From: Chiloscyllium plagiosum
Lineage: Eukaryota
Length of the DNA: 56,355 bases
Direction: 5' to 3'
Assembly: GCF_004010195.1 (NCBI RefSeq)
Contig: NW_025214961.1
Location: forward strand, 1-56,355
The number at the start of each line of letters is the position of its first letter. The first letter of the stretch is position 1. The notes under the pieces are model-generated. The model had not been told where the DNA came from. It saw only the letters and a program-made list of their open reading frames with translations, and made no database searches. The translations under genes were made by a program, and so were the position numbers. Positions 38,472 through 51,861 of the stretch are shown one piece after another.

Positions 38472-38957
38472 TATTTACATACCACGGAGTACTGCGGAAG
38501 CTCACTGTTTGAGAATGTTTGAAGTAAGATTGGCAAACAAAAATGTATCGGTGACATGCAAGGTTATGGGGTTGGGGTGGGTAGAAGCTACTGAAATGTT
38601 CGATTAATCATAGTTATATTGAATGGCAGAGCAAGCTCAATGGGCTGAATGCCCTGTTCCAGTGTTCCTCAGCCCATGTTTCAGGATTGCATACTTTATC
38701 AGACTGGAAAAGAATACAAATGAGCAGCATTTATAAAGAAAATAGAACAAGGGATAATCATAAGGTCACGTTATTTCTCAATTTTGGAATGTGAGTATCC
38801 TTGACAAGGTTGTTATGTATTACCCATCATGAAGTATCCTTGAATAAATGCACATGCAGGAATACTGTGTAGTCTTTTAATTAATTTTTTTTTGTAGTGA
38901 GCTCAGTGAAGTAATACCAGAAAATTATCATTAGCCTGTCAGGTAGTTTTTCTTAAT

Positions 38958-39263
38958 AGTCGTAGAGTCATAGAGATGTACAGCACGGAAACACACTCTT
39001 TGGTCTAACTCGTCCATACCGACCAGATATCCCAACCCAATCTACTCCCACCTGCCTCTGCATGAAAGAAATTGCCCCTTAGGTCTCTTTTATATTTTTC
39101 CTCTCTCACCCTAAACCTATGCCCTCTAGTTCTGGAATCCCCCATCCCAGGGAAAAGACCTTGTCTATTTACCCCTCATGATTTTATAAACCTCTATAAG
39201 GTCACCCTCAGCCTGTGACCCTCTAGGGAGAACAGCCCTAGTGTATGCAACCTCTCCCTATAG
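38958..39263 (-). mobile_element. HER1/CR1 3' end with internal deletion
   Basis: TAGAGTCATAGAG tail and sequence like 36655-37080. Confidence 0.75.
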
Positions 39264-39364
39264 TTCTGATACCATGTTTAGAAAATACATCTACAGTTAT
39301 TTGTAACATTGTGACAAAAATATGTGGTAACTCTTTTCCAGTTTTTAAGAAACAGAACACCAGA

Positions 39365-40425
39365 AGCTAGCTCTCATGGCTCGATGTAGGAAGCAGAGAG
39401 TGATGGTTGAAGTTTGTTTCTCGGACTGGGAGGCCTGTGACTAGCGGTGTGCCACAGGGGTCGGTGCTGGGACTTTTGTTATTTGTTACTTGCATAAATG
39501 ATGTGGATGTGAATGTACAAGGCATGATTGGAAAGTTTGCAGATGATACAAAATTAAGAGGTATCATTGGTAGCAAAGAGGGTTATCAAAAATTATAGAG
39601 GGAACTTGATCAGCTGGGAGAGTGGACTGAGGAGTGACAAATGCAATTCAATCACAGATAAGTCGACCTTTGGAAAGTCAAACAGAGGTAGGACTTAAGC
39701 AGTAAATGCTAAGGTCTTGAGGAGTGTTGTGGAACAGAGGAATCTAGGAGTACAAGTGCATGGTTTTAAAAAATGGCGTCACAGGTAGACAGAGTGGTGA
39801 AGAAGGCATTTAGCATGCTGGCCTTCATTGATTAAGGTATTGAGTATAGGAGTTGGGATGTTATGTTAGAGTTGTGTAGATTATTGATGAGGCCGCACTT
39901 GGAGTATTATGTACAGTTTTGGTCACCCTGTTAAAGGAAAGACATAATTAAACTGGAAAGTGCAAAGAAGAGTTACGAAGATATGGCTAGGACTAGTAGG
40001 CCTGAATTATAGGGAAAAGTTGGGCAGGATAGGACTTCGTTCCTTGGAATGTAGGAGAAAGAGGGGTGACCTTATTGAGGGAATAGATAGGATGAATGCA
40101 TATCACCTTTTTTCCAGGGATGGGGAATTAAAAATTGTAGGGCATGGGTTTAAGGTGAGAGGGGAAAGATTTAGGAAGGACCTGACTGGCAACAACATCA
40201 CACAGAGAGTGGTGCATATATGGAATATGCTGCCAGAGAAAGTGATTGATGCAGTTACAGTAGCAACATTTAAAAAAAAAACATTTAGATAGGTACATTG
40301 ATGGGAAGGGTTTAGAGGGATATGGACCAAATGTGGGCATTGGAACTCGCTGAGTGGGTACCATGGTCAGCATGGACCTGTTTGGATTGAAGGGCTTGAT
40401 CTATGCTGTATTACTCTATGATTCG
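39365..40425 (+). mobile_element. CR1 LINE RT 3' part
   Basis: VTSGVPQGSVLG.LLF...GKFADDTKL (39407) and C-terminal WNMLPEKV (39960). Confidence 0.88.
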
Positions 40426-40642
40426 ACTTAATCTGTCGACATTTTTCTCACTTTTACAATAAACAACTCATTTTGACACTTTAAGAAGCTAATAACTTAC
40501 CTACCACCCCATGGACTTCTTCCTATGTCTATGTATCCTCAGAAAAGACTAATTAATCATAATAAGCAGAGTTTTTTGGTGTTTGTAAATAACATAAGGT
40601 TTGAAAAAAAATGAATTTGAGGTTAATATTTTTGCTTTTCAG

Positions 40643-40743
40643 GCCCACTTTACCACCTTCTAAGCAGGCCAATAAGAATCTAATACTAAAAGCTATCACA
40701 GAGGCCCAGAAATCTGTAAGCAAGACAACAAACTATCCACCAG
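40643..40743 (+). CDS. ZC3H14: ZC3H14 exon 8 (PTLPPSKQANKNLILKAITEAQKSVSKTTNYPP)
   Basis: tttcag acceptor, gtaata donor, 101 nt; LPPSKQANKNLILKAI conserved. Confidence 0.96.
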
Positions 40744-41660
40744 GTAATACTTGTCAAAGTTTCTTTTCATGTGCCCTCTGAATGTGTATAATTGTTTATA
40801 AGAAATAAGGCCTCCGGATTGTTATTGGCTCTAATTTGGTTGCTTGAATATCAGTCTTACTGAAGCTCCTTTACATTCAAGCTTAAATCCTTCAATTGTC
40901 TTTTGAAACCATCATTGGTTTCAGTTTTACTGAAACTCGAGACCTTTTCTACTCCGTTAAAAAAAATCCTTGATCTTTTACAAGCCAGGTTTGGCAACTT
41001 CAAATCGCTGTTTCCTGACCCTTTATCTTCACCAGTACCTCGCAGTACAAAATCTGGCACCAGATTACTGATTTACAAATGGAAAGCAAACAATCTTATT
41101 CTCTGTTTCCAGGTGCAAATGGTAAGCAGCAAACTAAGCGGTGCACAAACATGCATTTCCCACATAATATCTATTTTGTGAAATTAAATTACTCTCCTGT
41201 TGTCAAGTGCTAAGGATAGTTTGAACAAACTGTATTTATGAAAGAAGTATATTTTATCAAAACCTTTTTAATATTCTTAATCTGGACTTCAGTTTTGGAG
41301 TTAGTTATAATACACAATATAATCAAGTAACACTGTATCCAAATTCTATCAAAAATTGTCTTTGGTTTTATAATGCTGATTTTATGAATGTAACTGTTTC
41401 TTCAAGTGTGAATATTTTGCGTTACTGTGCAAATGTTGTATCAAAATATTTCTTTCTGATGCTACTTCCTCTTAAGCCCCTCCCAAAGCTGATCAACAGA
41501 TTTGATTAATGTGTTTTTTTTTAATCAGTGAGGATTTAACAGTATAAGCTAAATTATTAATTCAGTTTTTTCACCCAATGTGTCCAATGATTAAATTGAA
41601 ATAAGATGAAGGTGTTTTAAAGAAACTACTTTTGTGATCTGTTTTCCTTTTGTGCAGTAG

Positions 41661-41813
41661 TTTCTCAGAGACAGACTGTCCCTGTGGCACCTAGAACTCG
41701 GGCTGTATGTGAAAGCAATGAAATTGAAGTGATTCATGTAGAAGACAAACCAGATCAACATAGCGTGCAACTGCAGATTGATAAAGCTGAACAGCCTGTA
41801 CAAAAGCTTTACT
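41661..41813 (+). CDS. ZC3H14: ZC3H14 exon 9 (VSQRQTVPVAPRTRAV...QLQIDKAEQPVQKLY); alternative acceptor at 41658
   Basis: CAGTAG tandem acceptor; PVAPRTR conserved; gtaaga donor at 41814 gives phase 1 compatible with next exon (3' boundary less certain). Confidence 0.8.
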
Positions 41814-42242
41814 GTAAGAACCAAAATTACTTTTTAGTCAAGATGATTCATATAAAAATATCAGAAATTGGGATCAGAACAATGATTATTATTCTCCTAA
41901 AGGAGTAACTCTATTTCAAAATAACGTTTTCAGTGTTTCCATTCTTTAATGTATTTGTAACCTTTTCAATCTTAGATTTTTTTTTAGTTAATTCTTTCCC
42001 ACTCTCAAACTTTAAATGTTGAAGCTATTTTGGGATATATCTCGTTTATTGAATGCCAGCACCCCTCTCAACATAGTGAATGTCAACTTAGTGGCCCCTG
42101 TCAGATGTCATTTTTCTGAGACTGGGATACATTTGTTCCCCATTTCCTTTGGTGACTCCACATTCAGCTAGCTTGCTGTTGTCTTCTGTAACTATATCCC
42201 AAATTAACATTCATTCTTGCTATCCTCCTCTATGCTTTTTTT

Positions 42243-42565
42243 TAGATTAGATTAGATTAGATTACTTACAGTGTGGAAACAGGCCCTTCGGCCCAACAAG
42301 TCCACACCGACCCGCCGAAGCGCAACCTACCCATACCCCTACATTTACCCCTTTAACCTAACACTACGGGCAATTTAGCATGGCCAATTCACCTGACCCG
42401 CACATCTTTGGACTGTGGGAGGAAACCGGAGCACCCGGAGGAAACCCACGCAGACACGGGGAGAACGTGCAAACTCCACACAGTCAGTCGCCTGAGTCGG
42501 GAATTGAACCCGGGTCACTGGCGCTGTGAGGCAGCAGTGCTAACCACTGTGCCACCGTGCCACCC
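42243..42565 (-). mobile_element. Full-length young HE1-type V-SINE
   Basis: Near-identical to 31025-31344, with A/B boxes and (TCTAA)n tail. Confidence 0.92.
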
Positions 42566-43281
42566 TTTTTTCTAAAAAAACAAAATACAAAATGCTTTTC
42601 TTAAGCATTTTCTTTTATTGTTCTCAAATTTAATCGAGGCTTGTGCCTATAATTTTTTTTCTCCATATAGAATGCTTTATACTGTGTGTTATAGCAGTAT
42701 ACATTGTTGAAGACTACAGAATGTATTATTTGAAAATCTTCCATTCCTTGAAGTTGCAGAACAATTTACCTACATTTCCTCAGGTTAAAAAAATGCAAAT
42801 TGTTCTTTACACATGGGATTGTTGTTCAGCAGTAGCATGTGCCATACAGCTGTGCTATACATTTGTTTGGCAGTCAGTTATGGATTGTGAGATTGAACTA
42901 TTTCTGTAGTCAAGACATATATATATGTGACTACCTCTTCGCTTTTTGATCTTGTAAAAATAAACTTGATAACTGTTTTGCTGTAGGCCAGCAGTTCTGA
43001 TTTGTTATACATAGCCCTCACCTCACAGTTCATTCATGGACATATTTGTAGGAGCACATTCTTAAATCTGTCCTAAAGTGGTTAAGAGATACAAGTGTAA
43101 ATTACATGCATTGCATTTACCCAACATAGCATATAGCATAATGGAGACTGGAGATTTAGTAAGTGAAAATAAAGCCCGAATTCCCTATTTTTTAATTACA
43201 TCGCTATTTGTGCTATGGAGTCTTATCTTGCCAGATTTGTTCTGAAGTCTCCATCAAATATTTTATTTATTGATTTGACAG

Positions 43282-43432
43282 TGAAATCAGTAGAAGCAAG
43301 ACCAGGTGGTGACACTAGATCATTCATCTTGAAGAAACCTGTATTGGAAGGAGTGGAACCCAAACTCCAGGGAAAAGTTGCAGTTTACATTGAAGGTGTA
43401 TCAGCAGAACAAGATCGTGTGGTACAAGCCAA
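43282..43432 (+). CDS. ZC3H14: ZC3H14 exon 10 (KSVEARPGGDTRSFILKKPVLEG...VVQAK)
   Basis: Within ORF 43215..43436; DTRSFILKKP conserved; gacag acceptor (in-phase alternative at 43291), gtgagt donor. Confidence 0.88.
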
Positions 43433-43509
43433 GTGAGTACCTTTTTGCCTACTACAAGGCTCAATGGTATCTGGACATAATAGCATTATTCATAGTGTTT
43501 TATCGTCTC

Positions 43510-44910
43510 TTTAGAATGATGCAAATACCATCACAAATAGCCATAAATCAAGGAATGGAAGGAAGAGAGGAACTCAGGAAAATTACAGTCAGCAGGGAAG
43601 TGGTACTGAGTAAATTGTTGGATCTGTGAGCTAACAAATTGTTAGAAACGAAATCCAAGATCTTTAAAAGAAGTAATTTGTGAAACATTTGATGCGTTGG
43701 TATTAAATTTAAATATGCAATAGCCAGGCATTTGGATACTGTCAAGAAAATTGGGCAAAGTCAATGTTTTTCAGCAATTTTATGGAAGAGAAACCAAGTT
43801 TTTTGTAATTCTTTGAAGATGTAATGTATTGGGGAAAAGGGAAACAGGTACTCGGATTTCCAGAAGGTATTTGTTAAAGTTTCACATAAAATATTATTGT
43901 GCTTAATAAAAGCTTATTGTGTAGGGGTCAGCACATTAGTCTGGAGAGAAGATGTATGATGAGTTGAGTCCCACAGGGGGTCTGTACTGGGACCTCAACT
44001 TCCTAAAATTTACATCAATGACTTGGATGAGAAGAGTGAAGGCTACATTTGCAGAAGACAACAAGGTAAGGTAGGCATTATGCAGTAAAGATGACAAGGA
44101 AGTTACAGATGGATATGGATAATTTGAATAAATGGGCAAAAACTTCACACATGGAGTACAAAGTTAAGCAGATGTGAAGTTGTTCACTTTTATCAGGAAG
44201 AATAAAAAGAACGAGCATTACTTAAACAGAATGACTGCGAGGTTTAGAGGGATTTGGGTATTTTCTGGTGAATAAGGCACAAGAAGTTAGCATGCAGATA
44301 CAGCAGAGTAATCAAGAAGATTTAATAGGACACTTTCCTTTTATAACAAGGAAGTTTTCAACAGAAATGTAAGGATGTTATGCTTCAGTTATACAGACCG
44401 TTGATGGGGCCCCATCTAGAGTACTCTACTGCATTGGTATCTTTATTTATAGAAGGATGTAAATGTGTTGGAAGCAGAGAAGATTTGATGGACTCATACT
44501 TGGTATTAACTGGTTGTCTTATGAGGAAAGGTTGGACTGGCTATCTGCTGAATTTAGAAGAGTAGGAGTTGACTTGGTTTAAATATATAAGATCCTGGAG
44601 TCTTGGTAGATTGCATGTGGAAAGGCTGTTTCATTTATGACAGATTCTAGAAGTAGGGTCACTGCTTTATTAACAAAAAATGCTTTTCCATTTAAGACAG
44701 TTGAGACTTTTTTTTGGGTCATGAGTCTTTCAAACTGTCTTCTCAAAAAATGGTGGAAGCACAGTCTTTGAATATTTTCAAAGCAAAAGTAGATCAATTC
44801 ACTATAAGTGAAGGGGTGAAATATTGTCAAGGTTAGGAGAGATTGAATATTCAGTTCAGACATGATCTTATTTGAGCAGGGCCTGCCACTCCTGATTTTT
44901 ATGTTTATAT
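43510..44910 (+). mobile_element. Decayed CR1 LINE
   Basis: PQGSVLGPQL, MLQLYRPLMGPHLEY motifs. Confidence 0.75.
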
Positions 44911-45214
44911 GAAGCTATAGTGACCACAAAGATGGGAGTGCAGCCAACCTTTTCTAAAGGACTAATACTTTGATTAAAATTTCATGCATGCTTTGACCAT
45001 TCATACAATTTAGACTATAAGGTCCCAAGCACAAGTCAAATGGGCTTTGTGTTTGTAATAGCAGCAGTGCTCCGTTCCCCTCAAGCTGATTCCTTGTGAT
45101 ACTTCAGAAACTCAACTGCCATTATATTATGCTGAAACTTCATTCACTGGGTGTTGGTGTCACTGGCTAGGCCAGTACGTGTTGACCATCTCTAAGTGCT
45201 TTTGAGAAGCTGGT

Positions 45215-45689
45215 AAAGGCTGGTATCCCGTGACCAAGTCACCCTTTATTTACACGTGCCTAGTACAAGACACTGACCCAGCTAGCACAGAGCCAAATTC
45301 TTGAATGAACAGAACCACTGGTACTCTTATTTTATTTTCTACTCCTTAACACTGATCACTCTTGTTTATTTTTTTTACCTTTTATTTTATTAAACCATTC
45401 ACAGTTTACAAAATAATTTACATTAACAGTTGTATACAGATAAACAGCAATTTTACAAGGGAGAGGAATGGCAAAGCCAGACTCCAAACCCTACCATTCA
45501 ACCAGTTTTCAGGGAAATAAGGAACCTCAAATCCCAGTTTCAATCATTACAAAACAGTAACAATGACATTTGATCACTCCTGTTTACATCTGTCAGCTAG
45601 GTGTCCCTGATTGGACTAGGTTAACAGCCCCCATCATGGAACTCATAGTCTATGAGATCCACCTGGCTGACCTTGTTCCAATCACTACA
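45215..45689 (-). mobile_element. Probable solo LTR, interrupted by a 200 bp poly(A)-type insertion (45369-45570)
   Basis: Minus strand starts TGTAGTG and has AATAAA near its end; inner insert flanked by 16 bp TSD. Confidence 0.5.
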
Positions 45690-45905
45690 GTCGTGGTGCC
45701 TTGGTCAAGTGGAGTCCATGGCAGTAGGTAAATCCATGTGCTTAGAATAGAATCCCTACAATGTGGACACAGGCCCTTCAGCCCAATAAGTCCATACCGA
45801 CCCTTCGAAGAGTAACCCACCTCACCAATTCTCATACTCTATTATCCTATATCTACCCCTGAACGCTATGGGCAATTTAGCATGGCTGATTCATCTAACC
45901 TGCAC

Positions 45906-46480
45906 AACTTGGCGGACAGATCTGCTTCCAAATAATTCAAAAAGGGCTGCCATGTATTATAAAAATTGTCCGTTTTCTGGTGTACCATGTTTGTAAGAAA
46001 GTCCAAAGGGATGTGTTCCATAATTATGCCACCCTGACAGACCCAGTGGATTCTCAGACACCCAGTATATGGGAGTGTTGTCCCTCGCACAATAAGTGAG
46101 GATGTTAAAAAGCGTTTTCCCATGTACATCTAAGGGAGATAAATTCAGTGAACTCAGGAAAAGAGAAATTGGATCCACCTTCATTTTGGTCCCCAAGACC
46201 CCCTTTATTATTCCTGCCACAGCACTCTAGTACGCACGGGGTCTGTGGCAGGACCACAAACAATGAGTGAGGGTACCTGTATTTATTTTACACTTGGGAC
46301 ACAATGAAGACGCACCCTGCTTAAATTTCGCAAGACGATCTGGGGCCAGATGAGCTCGATGAAGAATTGACTTGCAAATGGACTGAGGTCCTATGTCCTC
46401 TCAAGTTTTTGGAGTGGTCTCCACCCCTAATTCTATCCTATATCTCCCAAAATTGCTTGATGTCTCCTGAGAAACCTCCT
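45906..46480 (-). mobile_element. L1/Tx1-clade ORF2 C-terminal fragment, adjoining a partial HE1 tail (45745-45905)
   Basis: Minus strand CPKCKINTGTLTHCLWSC (L1-type CCHC) and FYNTWQPFLNYL end motif. Confidence 0.8.
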
Positions 46481-47854
46481 ACCCGCAACAATTAAAGTCT
46501 CCCTCTATAATAATATGCTGCGATGCCAAGGCCATCAGATTAGTGCATCAGTCAGAAATTTAAGAGGGTGGGCCGGAGGACAATAGACATTCAAAATACC
46601 ATATTCCTCAACATGTATAAGGGCCTTTAACACAATCTATTCAATCAAAAATACATTATTAAATGAGATGCTGATGTTTCCAAATGGAAGGTTTTGCACT
46701 TTTACACTCAATTAAGCTCCTTGTTGAGTACATTGTAAGTTCTTTTAGCATAATAAGATCCTACTCCATCAGTCTTATCCTCTCATAGCTAATGCTTAGT
46801 GAAAAACATACACCAGTTAATAGCTTATTTCATCTATTGTTCCATTTTAAAATCATTGTAAGTAATGTTCTCAGCTGTCTGTAAATATTAAAAACTAACT
46901 TTTGGGACCAATATATAGAAAGTCCAAAAATGTTGCAAGAATCATGTTCCCATTACCCAGAAATACTTTTGTTTACAATGAACTACATCTGCCCCTCATT
47001 CTTACCTGGGTTTTCAACTGGCTAAGTTATCTGACAACAAGAGAAACATAACAGCTATGATCGAATGGCGGAGCAGACTCGATGGGCTGAATGGCCTAAT
47101 TCTACTCCTATATCTTTTGAGCTTATGTTCTTATGAGCAAGAATCCCTTACATTCTTCATTTTAAAAAGAACATATTTGATTACATGTAATCTCATTCCA
47201 TTGTTTTATGTCCATACCCTTGCATTTTCCTCAGTTTTTATATTAGTAAAGATATTCCAGGCCAGATTTCTGGGCGCACAGCTTGCCAAACTAAGCATTC
47301 TTTTAACTGACATTCTGCTTGCTGTCACCTAATCATCAATATACAAGGTTATATTTCTTTTAATATCTTGACTTTTACAGCTAGTTCTTTACGTGATACC
47401 TTTGCCTCTTTTTCAAAATACAAGCTGTTCCTAGGTTAGAAGCAGGTTCCGTTCCTCAGTCCATTCGCAAGTCGATTTGTATGCAAGTAAGTACTAGTGT
47501 TATAAGTCGGGCATTTATAAATTGGGGACTCCCGCACTTACTTGCAGTAATTCTAGTATTCTGTTCCATGATCTGACTTCCTTGAAAAATTCACTTCATT
47601 CAACCTTGCCTTATCTCAACAGATTATTACTAACTGTCCTCAATTAATCTTTTAAGCATCTACAAGAAAAATAGTGGCTGAAATGGTGTTTCATCTAATT
47701 ATTAAAGCAGCAGCTTTAAATGAATTCCTCAGCTACTATGCAGAAACAGTTTTTTGTTATATCTGTATTGAATCATATGTCTTGTGAAATATATAATTTA
47801 AAAAGTTCAGTTAGCTTTGTTATTAATTAATATATTTTTAAAATTCTTTGATAG

Positions 47855-48048
47855 AGATCAACGTGACTCTGAGGAATCAAGTCCTAAATTTATTGTGACA
47901 TTGGATGGCATTCCCAGTCCTCCTGGATATAGTTCAGAACAAGAAGAGGAGACAGAAATAATGGAACAAGGGGGTCTTCTGCAAGAGGCTGGAAGGAAAT
48001 ACAGATTGTCAGCACAGAATGTTGCTGAGCCATTGAAGGAATCTGATG
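47855..48048 (+). CDS. ZC3H14: ZC3H14 exon 11 (DQRDSEESSPKFIVTLDGIPSPPGY...LKESD)
   Basis: Within ORF 47817..48059; SPKFIVTLDG.PSPPGY conserved; gatag acceptor, gtaatt donor. Confidence 0.93.
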
Positions 48049-49816
48049 GTAATTTTTAAAAACTAAGGAAATGTCAATTGGCCCATCAAACTTGATTTAT
48101 TCGTAGTCCAGAAAATTTGTTAATTCATTATTTATATTAATTTATTTTCTTTCCTTTACCATCAAGATGTCTGTTGTTTTTATTGTTAGAACATTGGAAG
48201 GGTATGGGCGGGGAGAAAGAAGTAATGCATTGAAACTGTAATGTCCTCAGTGTTCCATGATTAATATTAATCTTACTTCATTCTAAAAGGTTATTTGATC
48301 CCGGATTGATTTTCTTTCTTGGATATTTGTACAAAAAGGACAGTGTGGAGGAAAGATGTGAACAGCAGACTTTGGGATGACATTTAATTTACAGAAGATA
48401 AAGCAAAGATGAGCCAAGAGTCTTGAAGTGGCAGAAACAAGGATGAGGATTTCAACAGCAATTAGTTGGGGGCAAACAATGCTTTCATGATGGAAAGTGA
48501 CATTTGTGATTAAAGAAGTCAGAAACTCAATTGTGGTCAAATTAGATGCCTAGGTTGTACTAGTCTGCTTCAGCCTGAGATGATGGCTGGACAAGTGGTT
48601 GGATTTGGCAGGAACTGAAAGTTATGCATGCAGTCTTCCCAGTGTTTAGGTGGAGGTAGTTGTGACTTATCCAGGACTGGATTTCTGATAAACAGTCAGA
48701 CAATGCAAAGGCATTAGGGAAGGAAAGGTAAATAATAGAATGGAAACATTGGTTGTCATCAGCTCATGAAGAGTCCTATTCCATGTCTGCAGGTGATATT
48801 AAAATGTAACATATAGGTAAGGAGGTCCTAGGATAGTTCTTTGGAGGATTTAGTGGGAATCTGTGAGGAGGTGCTAGAAGCCATGTCAGGATAATATTTA
48901 CCTTTGATTAGTTAGGTAATGGTAAAGTCAAACAATAGCAGTCCCACTGTTCCAGATAATGGAAGAAAAGCATTTGTACGATGGTTAACTGTGCTGAGTG
49001 TTGCAGAGGAGATCATTCATTATGGAACGGAGTTGTATTTATGATTTCAGCTGTTACACTCCTGTGGCAGGATTGAAATTTAATTGGACAGATTCAAACA
49101 TGAAGTTGCATGGAAAGTAGAGATGGATATTTGCGGTGACAGTGGGTGAGAAAAGGTAGAAGGAGAAAGGGGATGGTTTACAGGGACACTGGACTTGTGT
49201 ACAATTTATTGAACTGTCAGGGTAAGGGTCTGGAAAGGAGGTTGCTTAGGAAAAGGTTTCGAGGGAATCTTCTCTGTGTAAATGTTTTCTGCAAACTGAA
49301 GTTTAGAAAGCACATCAGGATCAATTGTCATGGTGCTAGGGAAGAGATTTGGAGATTGGATTGGATTTACTATATATTGGAAAACAGCTGAATGAATTGT
49401 CTTGGGGTCTCACAAGCTTGGTCTACTTATTCAAGATTAGGTGGTGATGCAGTTATATTGTTCTTCAGGTTGCATGGGTGATTTTAGCAAAGAAGGTGAA
49501 GCCGGATTCCAGATTTGCTGAATCACTGAGTGGTTTCCTCTGTTGGACTTGAAGAAGTGGTGACTGAGGCTGGGGGATTCAAGGAAATAGAAAATGTTAA
49601 AGATGTTTTAAAAAATATTTTAAAAACTGAATTCAATTTGAAACAGTAAAAAGAATTATGCAGAGCTGTTTTTGGAAAGTCATTTTGTAAAACCTTTAAG
49701 TAATAAATCATTATAATTCATAATCCTTGTTTAAAAAGAAGAATGTAATGCTAAAACATGTTGATTCAGTGTGAGCTTAATATGTTGAATAAAGTTCTGT
49801 TTATTTTCTACTTTAG

Positions 49817-49937
49817 AAGAGATTGATGACCACAACTTTCAAGTAAAACGGCAAAAAGTTCTAGAGCGATGCAAGTACTGGCCTGCATGTAAAAATGGTG
49901 ATGAATGTATGTATCATCATCCTGTAGCTTCATGCAA
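49817..49937 (+). CDS. ZC3H14: ZC3H14 exon 12 with first CCCH zinc finger (LERCKYWPACKNGDECMYHHPVASCK); gene continues beyond window
   Basis: ctttag acceptor, gtgagt donor, 121 nt; C-x5-C-x5-C-x3-H finger nearly identical to human. Confidence 0.97.
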
Positions 49938-51861
49938 GTGAGTACCTTTTAAGAAAAAGCACAAAATACTCCTGTTTTATGACATCCAGGATTCTCGATT
50001 TAACTTCCATTGAATGTTTGTTTCTGTCTTTGCTTTTGAGTATTAATTAACTGTAGGCTAAAACAATGCTTCAGTGGTGGCCTGCATTTGTTTTTATTAA
50101 CTTGGGATTCTTAATTGAAGAGGACTAAAAGATTTTCAAGAAAATGAAAGGATGCAATGGTGCTTCACTTTGCTCGATTTTGGCTTTGATTTTGTTAGTG
50201 TGTTAATTTGGCTAACAGAACAGTTTTAAAACCAATTTAACAATGATTTCAGAGAAATTCGATACATTTGACATAACTATCTTTGAATATGGAGCTGTTC
50301 ATAGTTATGATTTGAAAGCTAATCTACAAAATAAAACATTAGTCGGCAACAATTTCTTTGGGGACCATTTTGATGCTGACGCAAATTCACCTCTCATAAA
50401 TTCCACAAATGTGAAAGAAATTGACATCTTGACTGTGAAAATTCTGTTCAAATATGCAGGGAATTTGTTTATTTGGACTTTGGTGATTAATGTACCATAT
50501 TATCATATACCACAACCATAGCAATCTTTAAAGTTCTTTCCACCATAGTACAACACTCAAGTCATTTCACGGGTCCATTATAGAACAGATGATGATAAAG
50601 AGCTACATAAAGTGATGTTAGATAAGATCGTTAAAAAGTTTATCTGATGGAATAGGTTGTACAGAACTGTTAAGATTGAGGTTTTTGAAGTTTCCTTTAA
50701 GTTATTTTTTTCTCTCCCTTTATTTTTGGTTCTTCTGAAGTGGACCTTTGGGCTGTTGAACTGCTAAGGACTGTGTAAAGCCAGCTGGAATATGATTAGG
50801 GTTGAATAGCTTGCAGAGTGAGGCTTCACTATGGATAGAGATGGGAATGGGAGGACATTAGTGAAGCTTAACCTAGGGCCGTGGGAGCAAGATTACATCA
50901 GGGCTGCCTTGGATCCAGTATAGAATAGAATATCCCTTATTGTGTTGAATTGTAGTGGAAGAGGAAGGATGCTGGATCAGACAAGGCTGAGGGGGACCAC
51001 AGGGAAGCGAGGCTTGATGAGGATGAGAATGAATGAAACTATCTATTATTATATCATGTATGAATATCAGGCTCTGAATTTACAGGAACTGCAATGTGTG
51101 AGTCACATGCATAATCCTGCCTGTGTCAATATCAACAAGAGATGGCCTGTAATCGGAGGTGAAAGGACCTCCATGCAGTTTGGGAAGGAATCTTAAAAAG
51201 TGTGAGAAAAGGAGAGAGAAATATTTGTCAGTAAGAGAAAACCAGAACTTGGCTTAGACAACTTCTGGTCTGAGGACATTGTTACTGAGTTGATGGGGTG
51301 GTTACTTCCATGTTTTTCATCCCTCCCTCATTCTCTTTACGCTGTCCCTAGATAGCAGCTTGAACCTGGAAATTGTAACTCAAATATTAGTTGTGTGGAA
51401 TCACTGTGAAATTTGAAGGAGGAGTTCAGTGAGGAACTTGCCCATCAGGTTGTTGATTTTCCACCAAATTCCCTTTGCAAGTTTGTATTGTGTTTGCAGA
51501 GAAATTATGTAATTTTTTTAAGTTGTGTTTATATTTTGCCTTTAAATAACTACCATGTTCAAGATCAATTCACTGAAATGTAAGGGTAAACACAGACATT
51601 GACTCCATCCAAAACTGGAATCAGTGAGGATTGGGTGAAAACTCTGCCGGTTAGAATCATATCTTGGCCATAGGAAGATGGTTGTAGTTGCTGGAAGTCA
51701 GTTATTTCAGCTTCAGGGTATCTCTGCAGGAGTTCCTCAGCACAGTGTCTTAGACCCACTCATCTTCACTGTTTCATCAATGATCTTCCCTCCATCATGA
51801 GGTCAGTGTGCAGTCATCAGTGATTATCCCCACTAATGTTCAGCATTTACGACGCCTCAGA

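Noticed and set aside
47440..47547. Short inverted repeat and Tigger-like terminal sequence
   Set aside because: Too short and degenerate to call reliably
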